A stretch of 64,000 bases of DNA from Candidatus Zixiibacteriota bacterium (GCA_040752595.1 JBFMGX010000004.1:365346-429345), one strand, 5' to 3'. Positions 38,744 through 50,017 are shown, counted from the stretch's first letter. Notes: a model not told the origin generated them from the letters alone. Made by a program: numbers and translations.

Positions 38744-39949
38744 CTAATGCCGAGTCTTGGGACTGGGGTAATGTCCCGAGAGAAGTCGGAAGTATAACTT
38801 GTGCAGAGTATGGATGAACTCGTACTCGCCGGACTTGTCGGTTTTCCTGATGACACCAAGCTCTTCCAACTTGCGCAACAGGTTGTCCACCCGCGTCCTG
38901 TCTTCATCAGACGCGGCTCTGAGGAGGTTCTGCCGCCGGAAAGGTCCTCCTGGGAATTCCGCGATCTTCCGAATGATCTCGCGATAGGACTTGCTACGGA
39001 TTCGCTTGACCACCTGCGGCTCGACATACTTCAGACCGACCACCTCAGCGGCCTTCCAGACCCCGGCGAAAGCGTCGTCTTCGTCGACCACCGTGTCGCG
39101 ATTGATCCAGAAGGTTGCGTCGCCAATCTCATGCATTACAGAGGGGACACCTCCGGAGAAATAGCGCAATACAGCGGATGCCTCCGGAGTCACGGTCACG
39201 TTGACCGATGCGAAGGCGCGCTCGAAAAACGAGTCAACGACAGAATCGGCGACACGCCCCAAGATGATCGGCCGGAAGATACGACCGACCGATGGCTGAT
39301 TGGTGGACAATTCCTGCATCTTCTCCTGTGTTCCGACCAGGACGATCATCAGGGGCATGGCGGGGAGGCCGCTGGTGACCATGCCATCCACCCAACCTTT
39401 TAGAAAGTTGGCGAATCCAAAGTCACGAGCAACACCATTGAGGTCGTCGAGCACGACCATTAGACCTCGAACCTCGGGTTGTAGTCTCGCGTAGGACTCG
39501 CGAATCAATTCCGGGAACGAGAGTTTCAGATCGTTGCGCAGAGTTGCGTCCGCACGAAACCTAACCTGCACACCCGTGCCCGGGAGACCCAGCGAAACCG
39601 ATTCTATGTATCTTTCGAAGACGCCTCTTGCACGCTCTGCCAGGGACTTCGGCATCTGCGCCAGGAGCTTCTGGGCAATGAGCGTGCATGCCTCGTCGGC
39701 GGACGATGCCGCCGTCAACTGGCAGTAGGCAGCGGAGAACCCAAGTTCATTCTGTGCATATCCGGTGCACAAGAGAGCGAGCGAAGATTTCCCGAACCCC
39801 CGTTCCCCACCGATGAACACGTTCTCATTGCGGCCCTGCGCAGACTGGCGCAAAAACCGGCCAATCTCGGCGATCTCCACCTCGCGACCGACGAAAAGGT
39901 CCGAGGCCACAGGCTTGCCCGGAGAAAAGGGTGACTCGACACCGGTCAT
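38744..39949 (-). CDS. AAA+ ATP-binding protein of the Arch_ATPase (PF01637) type with C-terminal DUF234-like wHTH
   Basis: FVGREVEIAEIGRFL, Walker A GGERGFGKSSLAL, Walker B LMVVLDDLN. C-terminal ...LRKLEELGVIRK... winged helix. Confidence 0.7.
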   Translation of the reverse strand: MTGVESPFSPGKPVASDLFVGREVEIAEIGRFLRQSAQGRNENVFIGGERGFGKSSLALLCTGYAQNELGFSAAYCQLTAASSADEACTLIAQKLLAQMPKSLAERARGVFERYIESVSLGLPGTGVQVRFRADATLRNDLKLSFPELIRESYARLQPEVRGLMVVLDDLNGVARDFGFANFLKGWVDGMVTSGLPAMPLMIVLVGTQEKMQELSTNQPSVGRIFRPIILGRVADSVVDSFFERAFASVNVTVTPEASAVLRYFSGGVPSVMHEIGDATFWINRDTVVDEDDAFAGVWKAAEVVGLKYVEPQVVKRIRSKSYREIIRKIAEFPGGPFRRQNLLRAASDEDRTRVDNLLRKLEELGVIRKTDKSGEYEFIHTLHKLYFRLLSGHYPSPKTRH

Positions 39950-40065
39950 CGGCGGTCAATCAAGTGATAGCTGCCGCCCGTGTAAAGCAAAAACCTCGGC
40001 TACTGCTGGATTGGAGGGGCGCTATTCGATTAAGTGGCTGCAGCTTGGAGTCGTGGGAACGCTTC

Positions 40066-40839
40066 TCATCCCGCGCCGACCGCGCGCTTGGCCGGCGGCG
40101 GGCGGAATGCGGCCCGGCGCAATTCGCGATTCAACTCGGCGATGACGCGGACGCTGATATTCTTCGGACAGACCGCCTCGCACTCGTAGGTATTGGTACA
40201 GTTGCCGAATCCCTCGCGGTCCATCGCGGCGACCATGTTGCGGACACGCGCCTCCCGTTCCGGATGCCCCTGCGGCAGGTGCAGGAACTGCGAGACCTTG
40301 GCGCCGACAAAGAGCATCGCCGAAGCGTTCTTGCAGGCGGCGACACAGGCGCCGCAACCGATGCAGGCGGCGGCATCCATCGCCAGCTCCGCCTCTTCTT
40401 TGGGGATCGGGATCGCATTGGCATCCGGCGCGCCGCCGGCATTGACCGAGGTGAACCCGCCCGCCTGGATGATGCGATCGAAGGCACTGCGGTCGATGAT
40501 CAGGTCCTTCAACACCGGAAACGGCCGGGCACGCCAGGGCTCGATCGTGATCGTCTGCCCGTCGTGGAAGTGGCGCATGTGCAACTGGCAGACCGTCGTG
40601 CCGCTCTGATGGCCATGCGGCACACCATTGATCACCAGCGAACACATGCCGCAGATCCCCTCGCGGCAATCGTGATCGAAGGCGATCGGATCTTCGCCCT
40701 TGAGGATTAGACCCTCGTTGACGACGTCGAGCATCTCCAGAAACGACATGTCGGGGATGATGTCCCGCGCCTGATAGGTGACCAACCGCCCCGCCTCGCG
40801 GGGGCTTTTTTGCCGCCACACACGGAGTGTCAGGTTCAT
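40066..40839 (-). CDS. sdhB: Succinate dehydrogenase/fumarate reductase iron-sulfur subunit
   Basis: 2Fe-2S ligands CREGICGMC...C. 4Fe-4S and 3Fe-4S motifs [11 protein letters not shown] and [12 protein letters not shown]. Confidence 0.9.
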   Translation of the reverse strand: MNLTLRVWRQKSPREAGRLVTYQARDIIPDMSFLEMLDVVNEGLILKGEDPIAFDHDCREGICGMCSLVINGVPHGHQSGTTVCQLHMRHFHDGQTITIEPWRARPFPVLKDLIIDRSAFDRIIQAGGFTSVNAGGAPDANAIPIPKEEAELAMDAAACIGCGACVAACKNASAMLFVGAKVSQFLHLPQGHPEREARVRNMVAAMDREGFGNCTNTYECEAVCPKNISVRVIAELNRELRRAAFRPPPAKRAVGAG

Positions 40840-42752
40840 TACTTGTAGCTCCTCACGGCCGGCTGGACCGTCTCGAAGACCAACGGTTCCGGATGCAGAT
40901 TGGGCCTTTGGCCTACGCCGGTAAACTCCCAGCGGCTCACGTGGCTGAAGTGCTCATCATCACGTTGCGCCTCGCCCTCGGGCGTCTGGCTTTCCTCACG
41001 GAAATGCGAGCCGCACGACTCGGTGCGCGTCAACGCGTCATGGCAGAGAAGCTCGGCGAATTCGAGATAATCGGCGACGCGCCCGGCTTTCTCCAACGCC
41101 GTGTTGAGATCCTCATTGACGCCGGGGACGATGGCGTTCCTCCAGAACTCCTCTCGCAGTGGGGGTATCTTCTCCAGCGCCTGCTTCAGACCGGCGTCGT
41201 TGCGCCCCATCCCGCAGTACTCCCACATGATGTGACCGAGTTCGCGATGGAACGACGTGACCGTTCGTTTGCCCCGGAGAGAGAGCAGACGTTTCAAGCG
41301 CTCTCTCACCTCCGCTTCGGCCGCCTTGAACTCCGGCCGGTCGGTCGTGACCTTGGCGGGCTTGGCGCCGGCAAGGTAGTGGCCGATCGTGTAGGGAATG
41401 ATGAAGTAGCCGTCGGCCAGTCCTTGCATGAGGGCACTGGCGCCGAGACGGTTGGCGCCATGGTCGGAGAAGTTGGCCTCACCGATCACGTGCAACCCGG
41501 GGATGTTGCTCATCAGGTTGTAGTCGACCCAAAGGCCGCCCATCGTGTAATGCACCGCCGGATAGATGCGCATGGGCACCTTGTAGGGGTCCTCGCCGGT
41601 GATCTTTTCGTACATTTCAAAGAGATTGCCGTACCGCTCGGCGATCGTGGCGGCACCGAGACGGCCGATGGACTCGGCAAAGTCGAGGTAGACGCCGCGC
41701 CCAAACTCGCCGACGCCGCGCCCCTCATCGCAGACCTCCTTGGCGGCACGCGAGGAGATGTCGCGCGGGGCGAGATTCCCGTACGTGGGGTACTTGCGTT
41801 CGAGGTAGTAATCGCGCTCATCCTCGGGGATTTGGGCGGACGCGCGCTTGTCACCGGCCTTCTTGGGGACCCAGATGCGCCCGTCGTTGCGCAACGACTC
41901 CGACATCAAGGTCAACTTGGATTGGTGCTCGCCGGAGACGGGGATGCAGGTCGGGTGAATCTGCACGAAGCAGGGATTGGCGAAGAGGGCGCCGCGCTTG
42001 TACGCCCGGTAGACGGCGCTGACATTCGCTCCGGCGGCCATGGTCGAGAGGAAGTAGAGGTTGCCGTATCCGCCGGTGGCCAGCACGACGGCATCGCCCG
42101 CGAAGGAGACGATCTCGCCGGTGACCAGATTGCGGGTCACGATGCCGCGCGCGACGCCATCGACCAGCACCAGGTCCAGCATCTCGGTGCGCGTGAACAT
42201 GCGCACCTTGCCGAGAGCGATCTGCCGCGACAGCGACGAGTAGGCGCCGAGCAGCAGTTGCTGCCCGGTCTGTCCGCGCGCATAGAACGTGCGCGACACC
42301 AACGCGCCGCCGAAGGAGCGGTTGGCCAGTTGGCCGCCATATTCGCGCGCAAAGGGCACGCCCTGCGCCACGCACTGATCGATGATATTGTTGCTGACCT
42401 GGGCGAGACGGTAGACATTCGCCTCGCGCGCGCGGAAGTCGCCGCCCTTGAGCGTGTCCATAAACAGGCGAAAGACGCTGTCGCCGTCGTTCTGGTAGTT
42501 CTTGGCGGCGTTGATCCCGCCTTGGGCGGCGATCGAATGCGCCCGACGCGGGCTATCTTGATAGCAAAGGCAGTCGACGTTGTACCCGAGTTCCGCCAAC
42601 GAGGCGGCGGCCGATGCGCCCGCCAACCCCGACCCCACGACGATGATGCGAAATTTCCGTTTGTTGGCCGGGTTCACCAACTTGAGCTCGGCGATGTGCT
42701 TGTCCCATTTCTGGGTCAGCGGTCCGGACGGTACCTGGCTTGCGAGTTCCAT
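40839..42752 (-). CDS. sdhA: Succinate dehydrogenase/fumarate reductase flavoprotein subunit
   Basis: FAD fold [12 protein letters not shown]. Covalent-FAD His in [10 protein letters not shown]. Catalytic HPTMGG... region ([12 protein letters not shown]). Confidence 0.92.
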   Translation of the reverse strand: MELASQVPSGPLTQKWDKHIAELKLVNPANKRKFRIIVVGSGLAGASAAASLAELGYNVDCLCYQDSPRRAHSIAAQGGINAAKNYQNDGDSVFRLFMDTLKGGDFRAREANVYRLAQVSNNIIDQCVAQGVPFAREYGGQLANRSFGGALVSRTFYARGQTGQQLLLGAYSSLSRQIALGKVRMFTRTEMLDLVLVDGVARGIVTRNLVTGEIVSFAGDAVVLATGGYGNLYFLSTMAAGANVSAVYRAYKRGALFANPCFVQIHPTCIPVSGEHQSKLTLMSESLRNDGRIWVPKKAGDKRASAQIPEDERDYYLERKYPTYGNLAPRDISSRAAKEVCDEGRGVGEFGRGVYLDFAESIGRLGAATIAERYGNLFEMYEKITGEDPYKVPMRIYPAVHYTMGGLWVDYNLMSNIPGLHVIGEANFSDHGANRLGASALMQGLADGYFIIPYTIGHYLAGAKPAKVTTDRPEFKAAEAEVRERLKRLLSLRGKRTVTSFHRELGHIMWEYCGMGRNDAGLKQALEKIPPLREEFWRNAIVPGVNEDLNTALEKAGRVADYLEFAELLCHDALTRTESCGSHFREESQTPEGEAQRDDEHFSHVSRWEFTGVGQRPNLHPEPLVFETVQPAVRSYK

Positions 42753-42755
42753 GGT

Positions 42756-43433
42756 CTACATCCCTCCGGTCGGCAGATGGACCACCCCGAGCAGGATGGA
42801 CAGGGGGATCGAGATGTTCCCCACAACGATGATGGCCGCCAGGATCAGCGCGACCCGCTCCAGGGTCGGACGCGTGCGCGGTGTGCTCCAGCCGACGGTC
42901 TGGAAGAAGCTGGAAAAGGCATGGGTGAAGTGGAAGCCGAGCACGATCATGGCCGCGATGTAGATCACCGAGGCGACCGGATTCTGGAATCCCAGCACGA
43001 CCATCGCATAGACATCCGGCCGGTCGTGCGCGTCGCGGAGGGACGCGTACTGGGGATTGGTCAGCTTCCAAGTGAGGTGCAAGAGGTGATACACGACAAA
43101 GCCGAGGAGCGCCAATCCGCTGTACACCATCGTGCGCGATGACACAGAGGCCTCCACGGCCTCCTTGCGCACATAACGGATGGGGCGGGCGGCACGATTC
43201 TGAAAGGCCAGCGTGATCGTCAGGGTGATGTGGACGACGGCGATGACGAGCAACCCAATCCGCACCGTCCAGAGCAGCGGCGGGAGGGCGCGTAGTTTCT
43301 CCGCGTAGGTGTTGAGCGCATTGGGGCCGAGATAGACTTGCAGATTACCGATCATGTGGCCGATCACGAACAGGTACAACAGCACACCCGTGACCGCCAC
43401 GATTAGTTTCAGTCCGATCGACGTCTTCCACAT
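42756..43433 (-). CDS. sdhC: Succinate dehydrogenase/fumarate reductase cytochrome b subunit (Bacteroides/Wolinella-type, 5 TM)
   Basis: 225 aa with conserved His pairs in TM helices (HMIGNL, HITLT, HLLHL, HFTHA). First gene of the sdhCAB operon. Confidence 0.8.
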   Translation of the reverse strand: MWKTSIGLKLIVAVTGVLLYLFVIGHMIGNLQVYLGPNALNTYAEKLRALPPLLWTVRIGLLVIAVVHITLTITLAFQNRAARPIRYVRKEAVEASVSSRTMVYSGLALLGFVVYHLLHLTWKLTNPQYASLRDAHDRPDVYAMVVLGFQNPVASVIYIAAMIVLGFHFTHAFSSFFQTVGWSTPRTRPTLERVALILAAIIVVGNISIPLSILLGVVHLPTGGM

Positions 43434-43835
43434 ACGCGATACTCCACGCGGCTACGTTTCCGGCGACCCGGCGGCCACGCCGGAGGAGGGGGCACAAATC
43501 TCCCGGCTCCCGGTTGCCGTTGCCAATGTGGGGCCGGCGAGATCCACAAGCCGGTACGGCTTCACGCACGCACCAGCGGCGAGACCGACCGGCGCTCGTA
43601 CATTTGGCACGTGCCTTGTACGCACCATCCGCGGCGATGCCGACAGCGGGCGCACTCGAATGCCAGTAAATGCCGTGGCCGGGATGGTTCAAGGTCTTTT
43701 TCCGGAACTTGTCAAATCTTGCGCGATGCTTCATGCCTTGTGGTGATCCGAAGACGGTGCAGCCCGGCACAAACGAGGAGCCGACGGGGGAAACGTCCAC
43801 CCGTCGGCTCAAGCCCGGACCCTTGAATGTCTCGG

Positions 43836-44213
43836 TCAGCGGCCCTTGCCCAACAGACCGGTCACGAGCTGGTTTCTCAGGCGGGAGCGTTTGACGCCTT
43901 TGGCCAGTCCTTTCGGCAAACGCGCTCCGACTGTGTCCAGGAATGACTCGACTTCCTTCTCGATGGCGTGCTTGGCGAGGTCGGGGTGGCTGCGAAAGAT
44001 CACGGTGTGCAGGGCGTGCCGGATCACGCTGGCCACGGAGGTGTTCTCCCGGCGGGCCATCTTGCGCAGGATGTTCAGTTCCTCAGGATTGAGGATGAGG
44101 GAAAAGGGCTGCTTCGGTCCCGGGGTGCCGCGACCGCGCCGGACGACGCGCCTTGGTGCGCGCCGGACCGGCGACGGGCGTGCGGCGGCGGTTCTCCTTG
44201 CTCTTGGTGACAT
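43836..44213 (-). CDS. Putative ribbon-helix-helix (CopG-like) DNA-binding protein with basic N-tail
   Basis: C-terminal FSLILNPEELNILRKMARRENTSVASVIRHAL has an RHH-like beta-alpha-alpha pattern. Start chosen at the internal ATG 44213 with RBS AAGGA. A hairpin CCGACGGG..CCCGTCGG lies 3' of the stop. Confidence 0.4.
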   Translation of the reverse strand: MSPRARRTAAARPSPVRRAPRRVVRRGRGTPGPKQPFSLILNPEELNILRKMARRENTSVASVIRHALHTVIFRSHPDLAKHAIEKEVESFLDTVGARLPKGLAKGVKRSRLRNQLVTGLLGKGR

Positions 44214-44709
44214 CACACGTCCTTGGTTGGGTGTTGGGGACATAGTGGACCTGTTTCCACGCATGGGCGCTATTACGGGTGCGCCGGATCGGATGTCAAT
44301 AGCAAATTGAATGGCGTCGTCAGCATGACCGGGGCCCGGTCTGTGGTCATTGAACCGATCTCCCGGCCGGTCGCGCGGGGGCACCAGTCCGGGCCACCCG
44401 CTCACACCTCGCTATACGCCGCCGGGGCGTCGTTGGTTCCCCGCGCGGTTCATTAGCAGGATGCTGAAGAAGGACCATCCATGTCATTCTGAGCCCCGCC
44501 GCTCTTGGGCGGGGCTTGCCCGCCAAAGGCGGGCGAGAGTCTGCGGTTGGTTTCATGGGGCAAAACAGCAGGATGACAATGATGGGACCGGTCCACGTTT
44601 TCTGTGTTTTTCAGCAACCTGTTGGATAGTGAACTGCGATACTCAAGATTCGAGGTTGGTGGCGCCCATCGTCCCGACCGTTCCGCCAGAGTGCCGGGCT
44701 GGACCACCC

Positions 44710-47094
44710 TCAGGGTCCGGCCATCAGCTTTTCGCGGCAGAGGATGGCCTGTCCATCGTTGAACAGGACCTCCTTGGCATTGTGATGCAAGGGAGGTGAA
44801 GTGAAGATCGTCGTCGACCGGGAAATCTCCTGACGGATGGTGACCCGCCCGGAGTCGGTGACGAAGGTGATCGGCATGATGCAGCGAAACGACGAATCGC
44901 AGTCGAACTTGTCGATGCGCCCCCGAACAATGTAGCGCCCGTCCGGCAGCCGTTCGCGGTCCCACCGGTACTCGAATCGGGGGATCTGCACCCCGTACAC
45001 CCACTGGTCAAAGAACCACTGCATCGGCTGACCGACGTGGGCTTCCACGACCCGCTGGAAGTCGGCCGTGGCGGCATTCGCATGCGACATCGTTCGCACA
45101 TAGTCATGCATCATGTCGATGAAGCGTTCATCAGACCCGGTGCGTTCGTCGTGGAGCATCGCCCGCAGCATGTGCAGCACATAAGCGCCCTTGGCATACA
45201 CGAGATGGCTGTACGACGCCGGGGAGGATTCTGATGCGCAGCGGTATCCCAGCCAGATCGGGGCCACTTGCGGACCGGCGTGCCAATCTCGATGTCCCCC
45301 GGTTTGCAGGACCCGCTGACGCCACCGGGACAACATGGTGGAGAATTCCTTTCCTCCCGGATGGCGGGCCTGCACGAACATGGCGGAGGCGTACTCGGCG
45401 AATCCCTCGGAGAGCCATTGATCATGATAGGTCTGCCAGCCGACGAGGTGTCCGAACCACTGGTGGGCGACTTCATGGGCGATGAAGGCGTCGGTGATCC
45501 CTTTGCGGCTGGTTTCGAAGGAGTACCAGGCCAGATGCAGGAGCTGCGGGAATCCCTGGCCGTGCCCGCCCGGAATCTCCGTGGCCGCCAGGTGGTCCCA
45601 CGGGTAGCGTCCGAAGAGTTGCGAAAACAGCGTCACGGCGCCGACGATCTCATCGGCAACGCGTTGGCTCATGTCGCTGTTGAACAGCCCCCGACGATGG
45701 TTGCGGCTGCGGTAGATGTCGAGACGGATCCCGGAGTCGACCTGAACGGTCCGGCGCTCGAAGCTGCCATAGTTGAAGGAGATGAAGCTGACCGGCTCAT
45801 AGGTGCGCCAGCGCGTCACGTGCCAGTCGCCGGCCAGGCTGTCGCTCACCAGGGCGCCGACGGACACCAGATCGAAGCCCCGGGGAACTCGAAAGGTCAC
45901 ATCATGCATGGCCGGGTGGGACCACAAACCGGACGGCAGCCAGCGCGTCGTATGCCGGATGTAGAAGTCGTCGCTCCACGGCAACCTGCGCAAAAGCCCC
46001 GTGCTCCGATACGTGAACCGCGCCACGGCTGAGTCCTGCAAGCGCTGACCGGCGGGGACGCCGACGATGATCCAGGCGCCGGCATCGTCATAGATGAACG
46101 GGGCCGGCGACCCGTTCACCCAGACGCTGTCGATGATCAGATCAGGGGCCATGGCCAGCCCGAGCGTGGCGACATCGGGATGCCGCAGCGACAGAGTGAG
46201 ACTCGCATCCACGGTGACGGCAGCGGGACGGGAAATCGTGACCTCCGCGCGACAATGTGTGGCGACGAAACCGCCATGGAGGGTGGCCACGCGAAAGGGC
46301 GTCTCGCCGGCATCGCGCGCGCGATCGTAGGAGCACACCAGATCGGCGGACCCGCGCGGCGTCGCGCCCGGCGGTCGGCGCCAGAGTCTGATGCTCTCAT
46401 CGGCGGCCTCGTCCCAGATGAAGTGCAGGCGGCGCTGGTTCGGCGCCTTGGGCGCCGCATACAGGAACGACGTCGACCAATCGCCGTCGCGACGCGACTG
46501 CCATCCCCGCGTCGCCAGATCGATGGCCAGGTCGTCCCTGGCATCGTGGTCGAAGGATCGAAGATCCGCGTCGCGCGGAGCTTTGCCCCGGCCGGGAGCA
46601 CCGCAGCAGCGGTACAGGCCGGCGGCCACGGCACGATCGAAGAACCGGAAGTATACTTCGGTAACGGACATCGTGAGGATCGAATCGCCGGTATAGCGTT
46701 CGAGTTGATCGCGCTCCATCGCTGAGGGCGGTGAGATCTGAAGCGTCCCCACGCCTCGGAACAGGCAGCCGCTGGGACGGCCGCCGACCGGCGTGAAAAA
46801 CGACAGCGTGCCGGACTCAAACCGGTAGGTGCCGAGCACGGTCTCCCATTCGACACCGGGCACGACCGTGAAGAACGCGGCCGGATCGGCGTGCGGGCGG
46901 GACAGGGAATCGTAGATCGCCCGATCAGGTCCTGCCAGCCGCGTGAACGTGCGACCAACTGCGGGCGCATGCATCACTGTGACGACGGCAACTGCCGCGA
47001 GCGAGATCACGCCTGAACTGACGTGCCTTCCAACGCTATTCGTTTTGCACCTCGATCGTTCAACAAGACGGCTTGAGAATGACAACATCCTCAC
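44710..47094 (-). CDS. M1-family zinc aminopeptidase (aminopeptidase N-like), exported
   Basis: Gluzincin motif HEVAHQWFG...x18...E (WLSEGFAEY). N-terminal signal/TM. 794 aa. Confidence 0.8.
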   Translation of the reverse strand: MRMLSFSSRLVERSRCKTNSVGRHVSSGVISLAAVAVVTVMHAPAVGRTFTRLAGPDRAIYDSLSRPHADPAAFFTVVPGVEWETVLGTYRFESGTLSFFTPVGGRPSGCLFRGVGTLQISPPSAMERDQLERYTGDSILTMSVTEVYFRFFDRAVAAGLYRCCGAPGRGKAPRDADLRSFDHDARDDLAIDLATRGWQSRRDGDWSTSFLYAAPKAPNQRRLHFIWDEAADESIRLWRRPPGATPRGSADLVCSYDRARDAGETPFRVATLHGGFVATHCRAEVTISRPAAVTVDASLTLSLRHPDVATLGLAMAPDLIIDSVWVNGSPAPFIYDDAGAWIIVGVPAGQRLQDSAVARFTYRSTGLLRRLPWSDDFYIRHTTRWLPSGLWSHPAMHDVTFRVPRGFDLVSVGALVSDSLAGDWHVTRWRTYEPVSFISFNYGSFERRTVQVDSGIRLDIYRSRNHRRGLFNSDMSQRVADEIVGAVTLFSQLFGRYPWDHLAATEIPGGHGQGFPQLLHLAWYSFETSRKGITDAFIAHEVAHQWFGHLVGWQTYHDQWLSEGFAEYASAMFVQARHPGGKEFSTMLSRWRQRVLQTGGHRDWHAGPQVAPIWLGYRCASESSPASYSHLVYAKGAYVLHMLRAMLHDERTGSDERFIDMMHDYVRTMSHANAATADFQRVVEAHVGQPMQWFFDQWVYGVQIPRFEYRWDRERLPDGRYIVRGRIDKFDCDSSFRCIMPITFVTDSGRVTIRQEISRSTTIFTSPPLHHNAKEVLFNDGQAILCREKLMAGP

Positions 47095-47454
47095 ACTCTT
47101 CCTGAAAGGGAGCGGGGGATGATAACCTCTCCCTCCGGCTTGCCCTGAGCGAAGTCGAAGGGGAGAGATCGCTTGGACCGGAGGTCCCAGCGGGTGAGGG
47201 ACTTTTCCGTCGGTTCATACGGCGAGAAGTCCTCGGACCTTCCCAGAAGTTGAGGGTTTGCCGGAAAAAAGCAGACCCCTCGCTCCGCTCGGGGTGACAG
47301 GGTGTGTGGGATTTCTGAAGGGAGACTGTCGTTCCGAGCGAAGCGAGGAACCTGCTGTTTCATGTATAATGACCTTCCGTTTCACTCTGTTAGCTGGTCA
47401 TTGGCATGACCTGGCCATGCCGGGCCGTCACCCCCCCGGCCAATAGTACGCAAA

Positions 47455-47484
47455 CGAAACGCGCCCTGAGGCGCGTTTCGTGCG
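47455..47484 (-). terminator. Hairpin GAAACGCGCC-CTGA-GGCGCGTTTC about 30 nt downstream of the M14 peptidase stop
   Basis: Perfect 10-bp stem followed on the minus strand by GTTTGCGT. Weak U-tract. Confidence 0.4.
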
Positions 47485-47512
47485 TCTTTCTTTGGCCGGG
47501 GCCTGCGTCGGG

Positions 47513-49810
47513 TCAGGGTGCGCAGGGGTCGCAGAACTCTGTCGCCGCCGCGCTGCCGCGGAAAGCCACGTTGACCACCTTCACGACGTCCGCGATTGTC
47601 GTCACTCCGTCGCAGCTCACGTCTGTCTGCTCCCGCGGGCAATCGGGATCGACGACGGCGCTTTCGCCGCGAAAAGCGACGTTCACGGTCAGCACGACGT
47701 CCTGCAGCGTCGGTATCCCGTCACACATCGGGTCACCGTGGCATGGGCAGTCGCAGGTGACGTAGCTCACGACGACCTGGTGGAGCGGCGCCGCCATCGT
47801 CTGGCCGTCGACGTCGGTGGCACTCAGCGCATACCAGTAATCGCCCGGCGTCTTGCCCGTGACCGCTAATGTCGTTTCCGGCGTCGCGGTCGACAACGTG
47901 ATCAGGGAGTCGTAGTCCGTTTGCGGATAGAACTCATCGACATAGATGCCGTCGCCGAGCGTGTAGTCGTCGGTCTCATAGGCAATCCGGAACAGGACAT
48001 CCTGCCCGCCATAGGTGGTCAGCGGGAACTTGGCGAGTACAAAGGACCCACCGGAACTGCCGGTGATGCCGTTGCCGCGCTGCCGTTGCGGGTAGTAGGT
48101 CATCGTTGTCACGTTGCCCGGCAGCGGTGTCCAGGTCTGACCGTGGTCCGTGGAGATCTCCACGTAGGCGTAGTCAAAATCCTGTTCGATGTCGTACCAC
48201 AGCTTCATCTGGAGCGTGTCGTTGCTGATGACATGAAGATAGTCGTTGCCGGTCATGTACGAGTTGCGGCTGCTGCCGGTGCCGCCCCAGTAGCTGTATG
48301 ACCCGGATGAGGCCCATGTTGTCGAGCGCGAGAACCCGGTCAGACGCCAGTCGTTTCCTTCGGTCTCGGCGCCGTCGGTGACGCGGTGGGTGCCGAATGC
48401 CTCCTTCAGGGTGAAGCTGGCCGCCGGGTTGGCCCCTCCCGGGTCCTTCCACACCAAGGTGTAATCGGGCGCGCCCACGAGTCCGGGTGCAATCCACGAC
48501 GGCACCGCCGGCGGGAAGATGCGCTCCGGGCTGGCCGCCAGGTCGATGATAACCAGATTCGAGGTCATGTGTTCCTCGATCTGGACGGGAATGCGCGACG
48601 GATCGGGCCAGAAACCATCCTCCCCCGAGCCGATCTCGGGTGTGTAGGCGAGGATCTTGCCGTGCCCACTGGTGTCGTTGTACATCCAGTCGTCGGAGTC
48701 GCCGTTGACGATGTACAGCAGCGAACTGATCTGCGGTGTGTAGCCGTTGTAGCGCGCGACCGAGTCGCCGATGGCCGCAAACAGCGCGTGGTCCGGCGTG
48801 TAGTGTTGCAACGCGTAGCCCCAGGGCCACAGATAGAGATTCGAATAGGAATGGAAGTTGACGGCGATCACGAACTGGCGGCTGTTGACCAGCGAGGCGA
48901 TGTTCTGAGTCTCATATTCGGAAAAGGCGGAGGGGCCGCGGTACGTCTCGCTGCTCGGATTGGGCGAGGAACCGTCGTTGTCCAGCCCCCACATGTAGCC
49001 GTAGTTGCGGTTCAGATCGACACCGCCGCTGCCTCCGTATTCCAGGTTGCGGTTCTTCCGCCACATGCCGCCGCCGCCCGGGGCAATAATGCGGTTGTAC
49101 TCATACCCGTCCGGATTCATGCAGGGAACGAAGTAGATCTCGCGCTCGTTGGCCAGACGTGTTCGCAGGGTATCGGTGCCGTACCCGAGGACAAAGCGGC
49201 GCATTGTCTCCAGGCAGACCTCCATCCCGATCGGCTCGCGGGCGTGGTGCATCCCGGTGAAGAGGAGCTCCGGCTCGGCCTCGTCGACATGGGGATTGTC
49301 CGAGACCTTCATCGCCCACGTTTGCCGACCCTCGTACGAGAAGCCAATCGAGAACTTGGCCGTTGTGATCATCGCGGGATAATGGAGGACCGAATCGAGT
49401 CGGTGAATGGAGTCCATCACCGCGATCCCCTCCGCCAGCGTGCGGAATCCGCCCATCGTCACCGCCGTCTTGGCCGCGTAGGTCTGGTACCAATCCGCCA
49501 CCTCGACCTCGATCTTGTATCCGGCGCCCTCCAGCTCGGCCAACTGCTCGGGCGTGACCAGGATGCGGAAGAAGCCGTTGGCGGCATTGGGATGGTCTTC
49601 CAGGATGTCGATGTTGCGGCGGTAGGCCTCGGCGATCTGACCTTTGCCGGTGATCACCCAACGGGCAACGATCTTCTTGTTCAGAAAGGCCTCATCGGCC
49701 GCAGTCAAGCTCCATGCGCGATTGACCGTCAACAGAACGGACAGCACCAAAACAACCATGCCAAGACCCCGGATGAACTCCCGACGGCGCATCACTCCTC
49801 CTTCAAGCAA
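47513..49810 (-). CDS. M14 zinc carboxypeptidase with C-terminal Cys-rich dockerin-like module; Tat-type signal
   Basis: RREFIRGLG twin-arginine motif. M14 Zn site HAREPIG..., NPDGYEY. C-terminus ...CDGIPTLQDVVLTVNVAFRG...CDGVTTIADVVKVVNVAFRG... parallels the dockerin tail of the 35316-36551 product. Confidence 0.8.
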   Translation of the reverse strand: MLEGGVMRRREFIRGLGMVVLVLSVLLTVNRAWSLTAADEAFLNKKIVARWVITGKGQIAEAYRRNIDILEDHPNAANGFFRILVTPEQLAELEGAGYKIEVEVADWYQTYAAKTAVTMGGFRTLAEGIAVMDSIHRLDSVLHYPAMITTAKFSIGFSYEGRQTWAMKVSDNPHVDEAEPELLFTGMHHAREPIGMEVCLETMRRFVLGYGTDTLRTRLANEREIYFVPCMNPDGYEYNRIIAPGGGGMWRKNRNLEYGGSGGVDLNRNYGYMWGLDNDGSSPNPSSETYRGPSAFSEYETQNIASLVNSRQFVIAVNFHSYSNLYLWPWGYALQHYTPDHALFAAIGDSVARYNGYTPQISSLLYIVNGDSDDWMYNDTSGHGKILAYTPEIGSGEDGFWPDPSRIPVQIEEHMTSNLVIIDLAASPERIFPPAVPSWIAPGLVGAPDYTLVWKDPGGANPAASFTLKEAFGTHRVTDGAETEGNDWRLTGFSRSTTWASSGSYSYWGGTGSSRNSYMTGNDYLHVISNDTLQMKLWYDIEQDFDYAYVEISTDHGQTWTPLPGNVTTMTYYPQRQRGNGITGSSGGSFVLAKFPLTTYGGQDVLFRIAYETDDYTLGDGIYVDEFYPQTDYDSLITLSTATPETTLAVTGKTPGDYWYALSATDVDGQTMAAPLHQVVVSYVTCDCPCHGDPMCDGIPTLQDVVLTVNVAFRGESAVVDPDCPREQTDVSCDGVTTIADVVKVVNVAFRGSAAATEFCDPCAP

Positions 49811-50017
49811 CTTCTCTTAAGGTGTATCGTCACTTCACTGCCAGTGCCACGGTGCCGGGACCAAGGTGTAAGCAGGACATCTTGGTGTACATCCGCAGGC
49901 GGGACCGCCGCATTCCCAGGCGCGGAACATGCGGCCGCCAAACAAAATAAGACAATTGCGCCCTTTGACAAGCGCCGATTTGATTCACTGCGACATTCTG
50001 TCAACCGGGGTCGACAA

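Noticed and set aside
40827-43142. 771-aa ORF on the + strand
   Set aside because: It is antisense to sdhA and sdhC.
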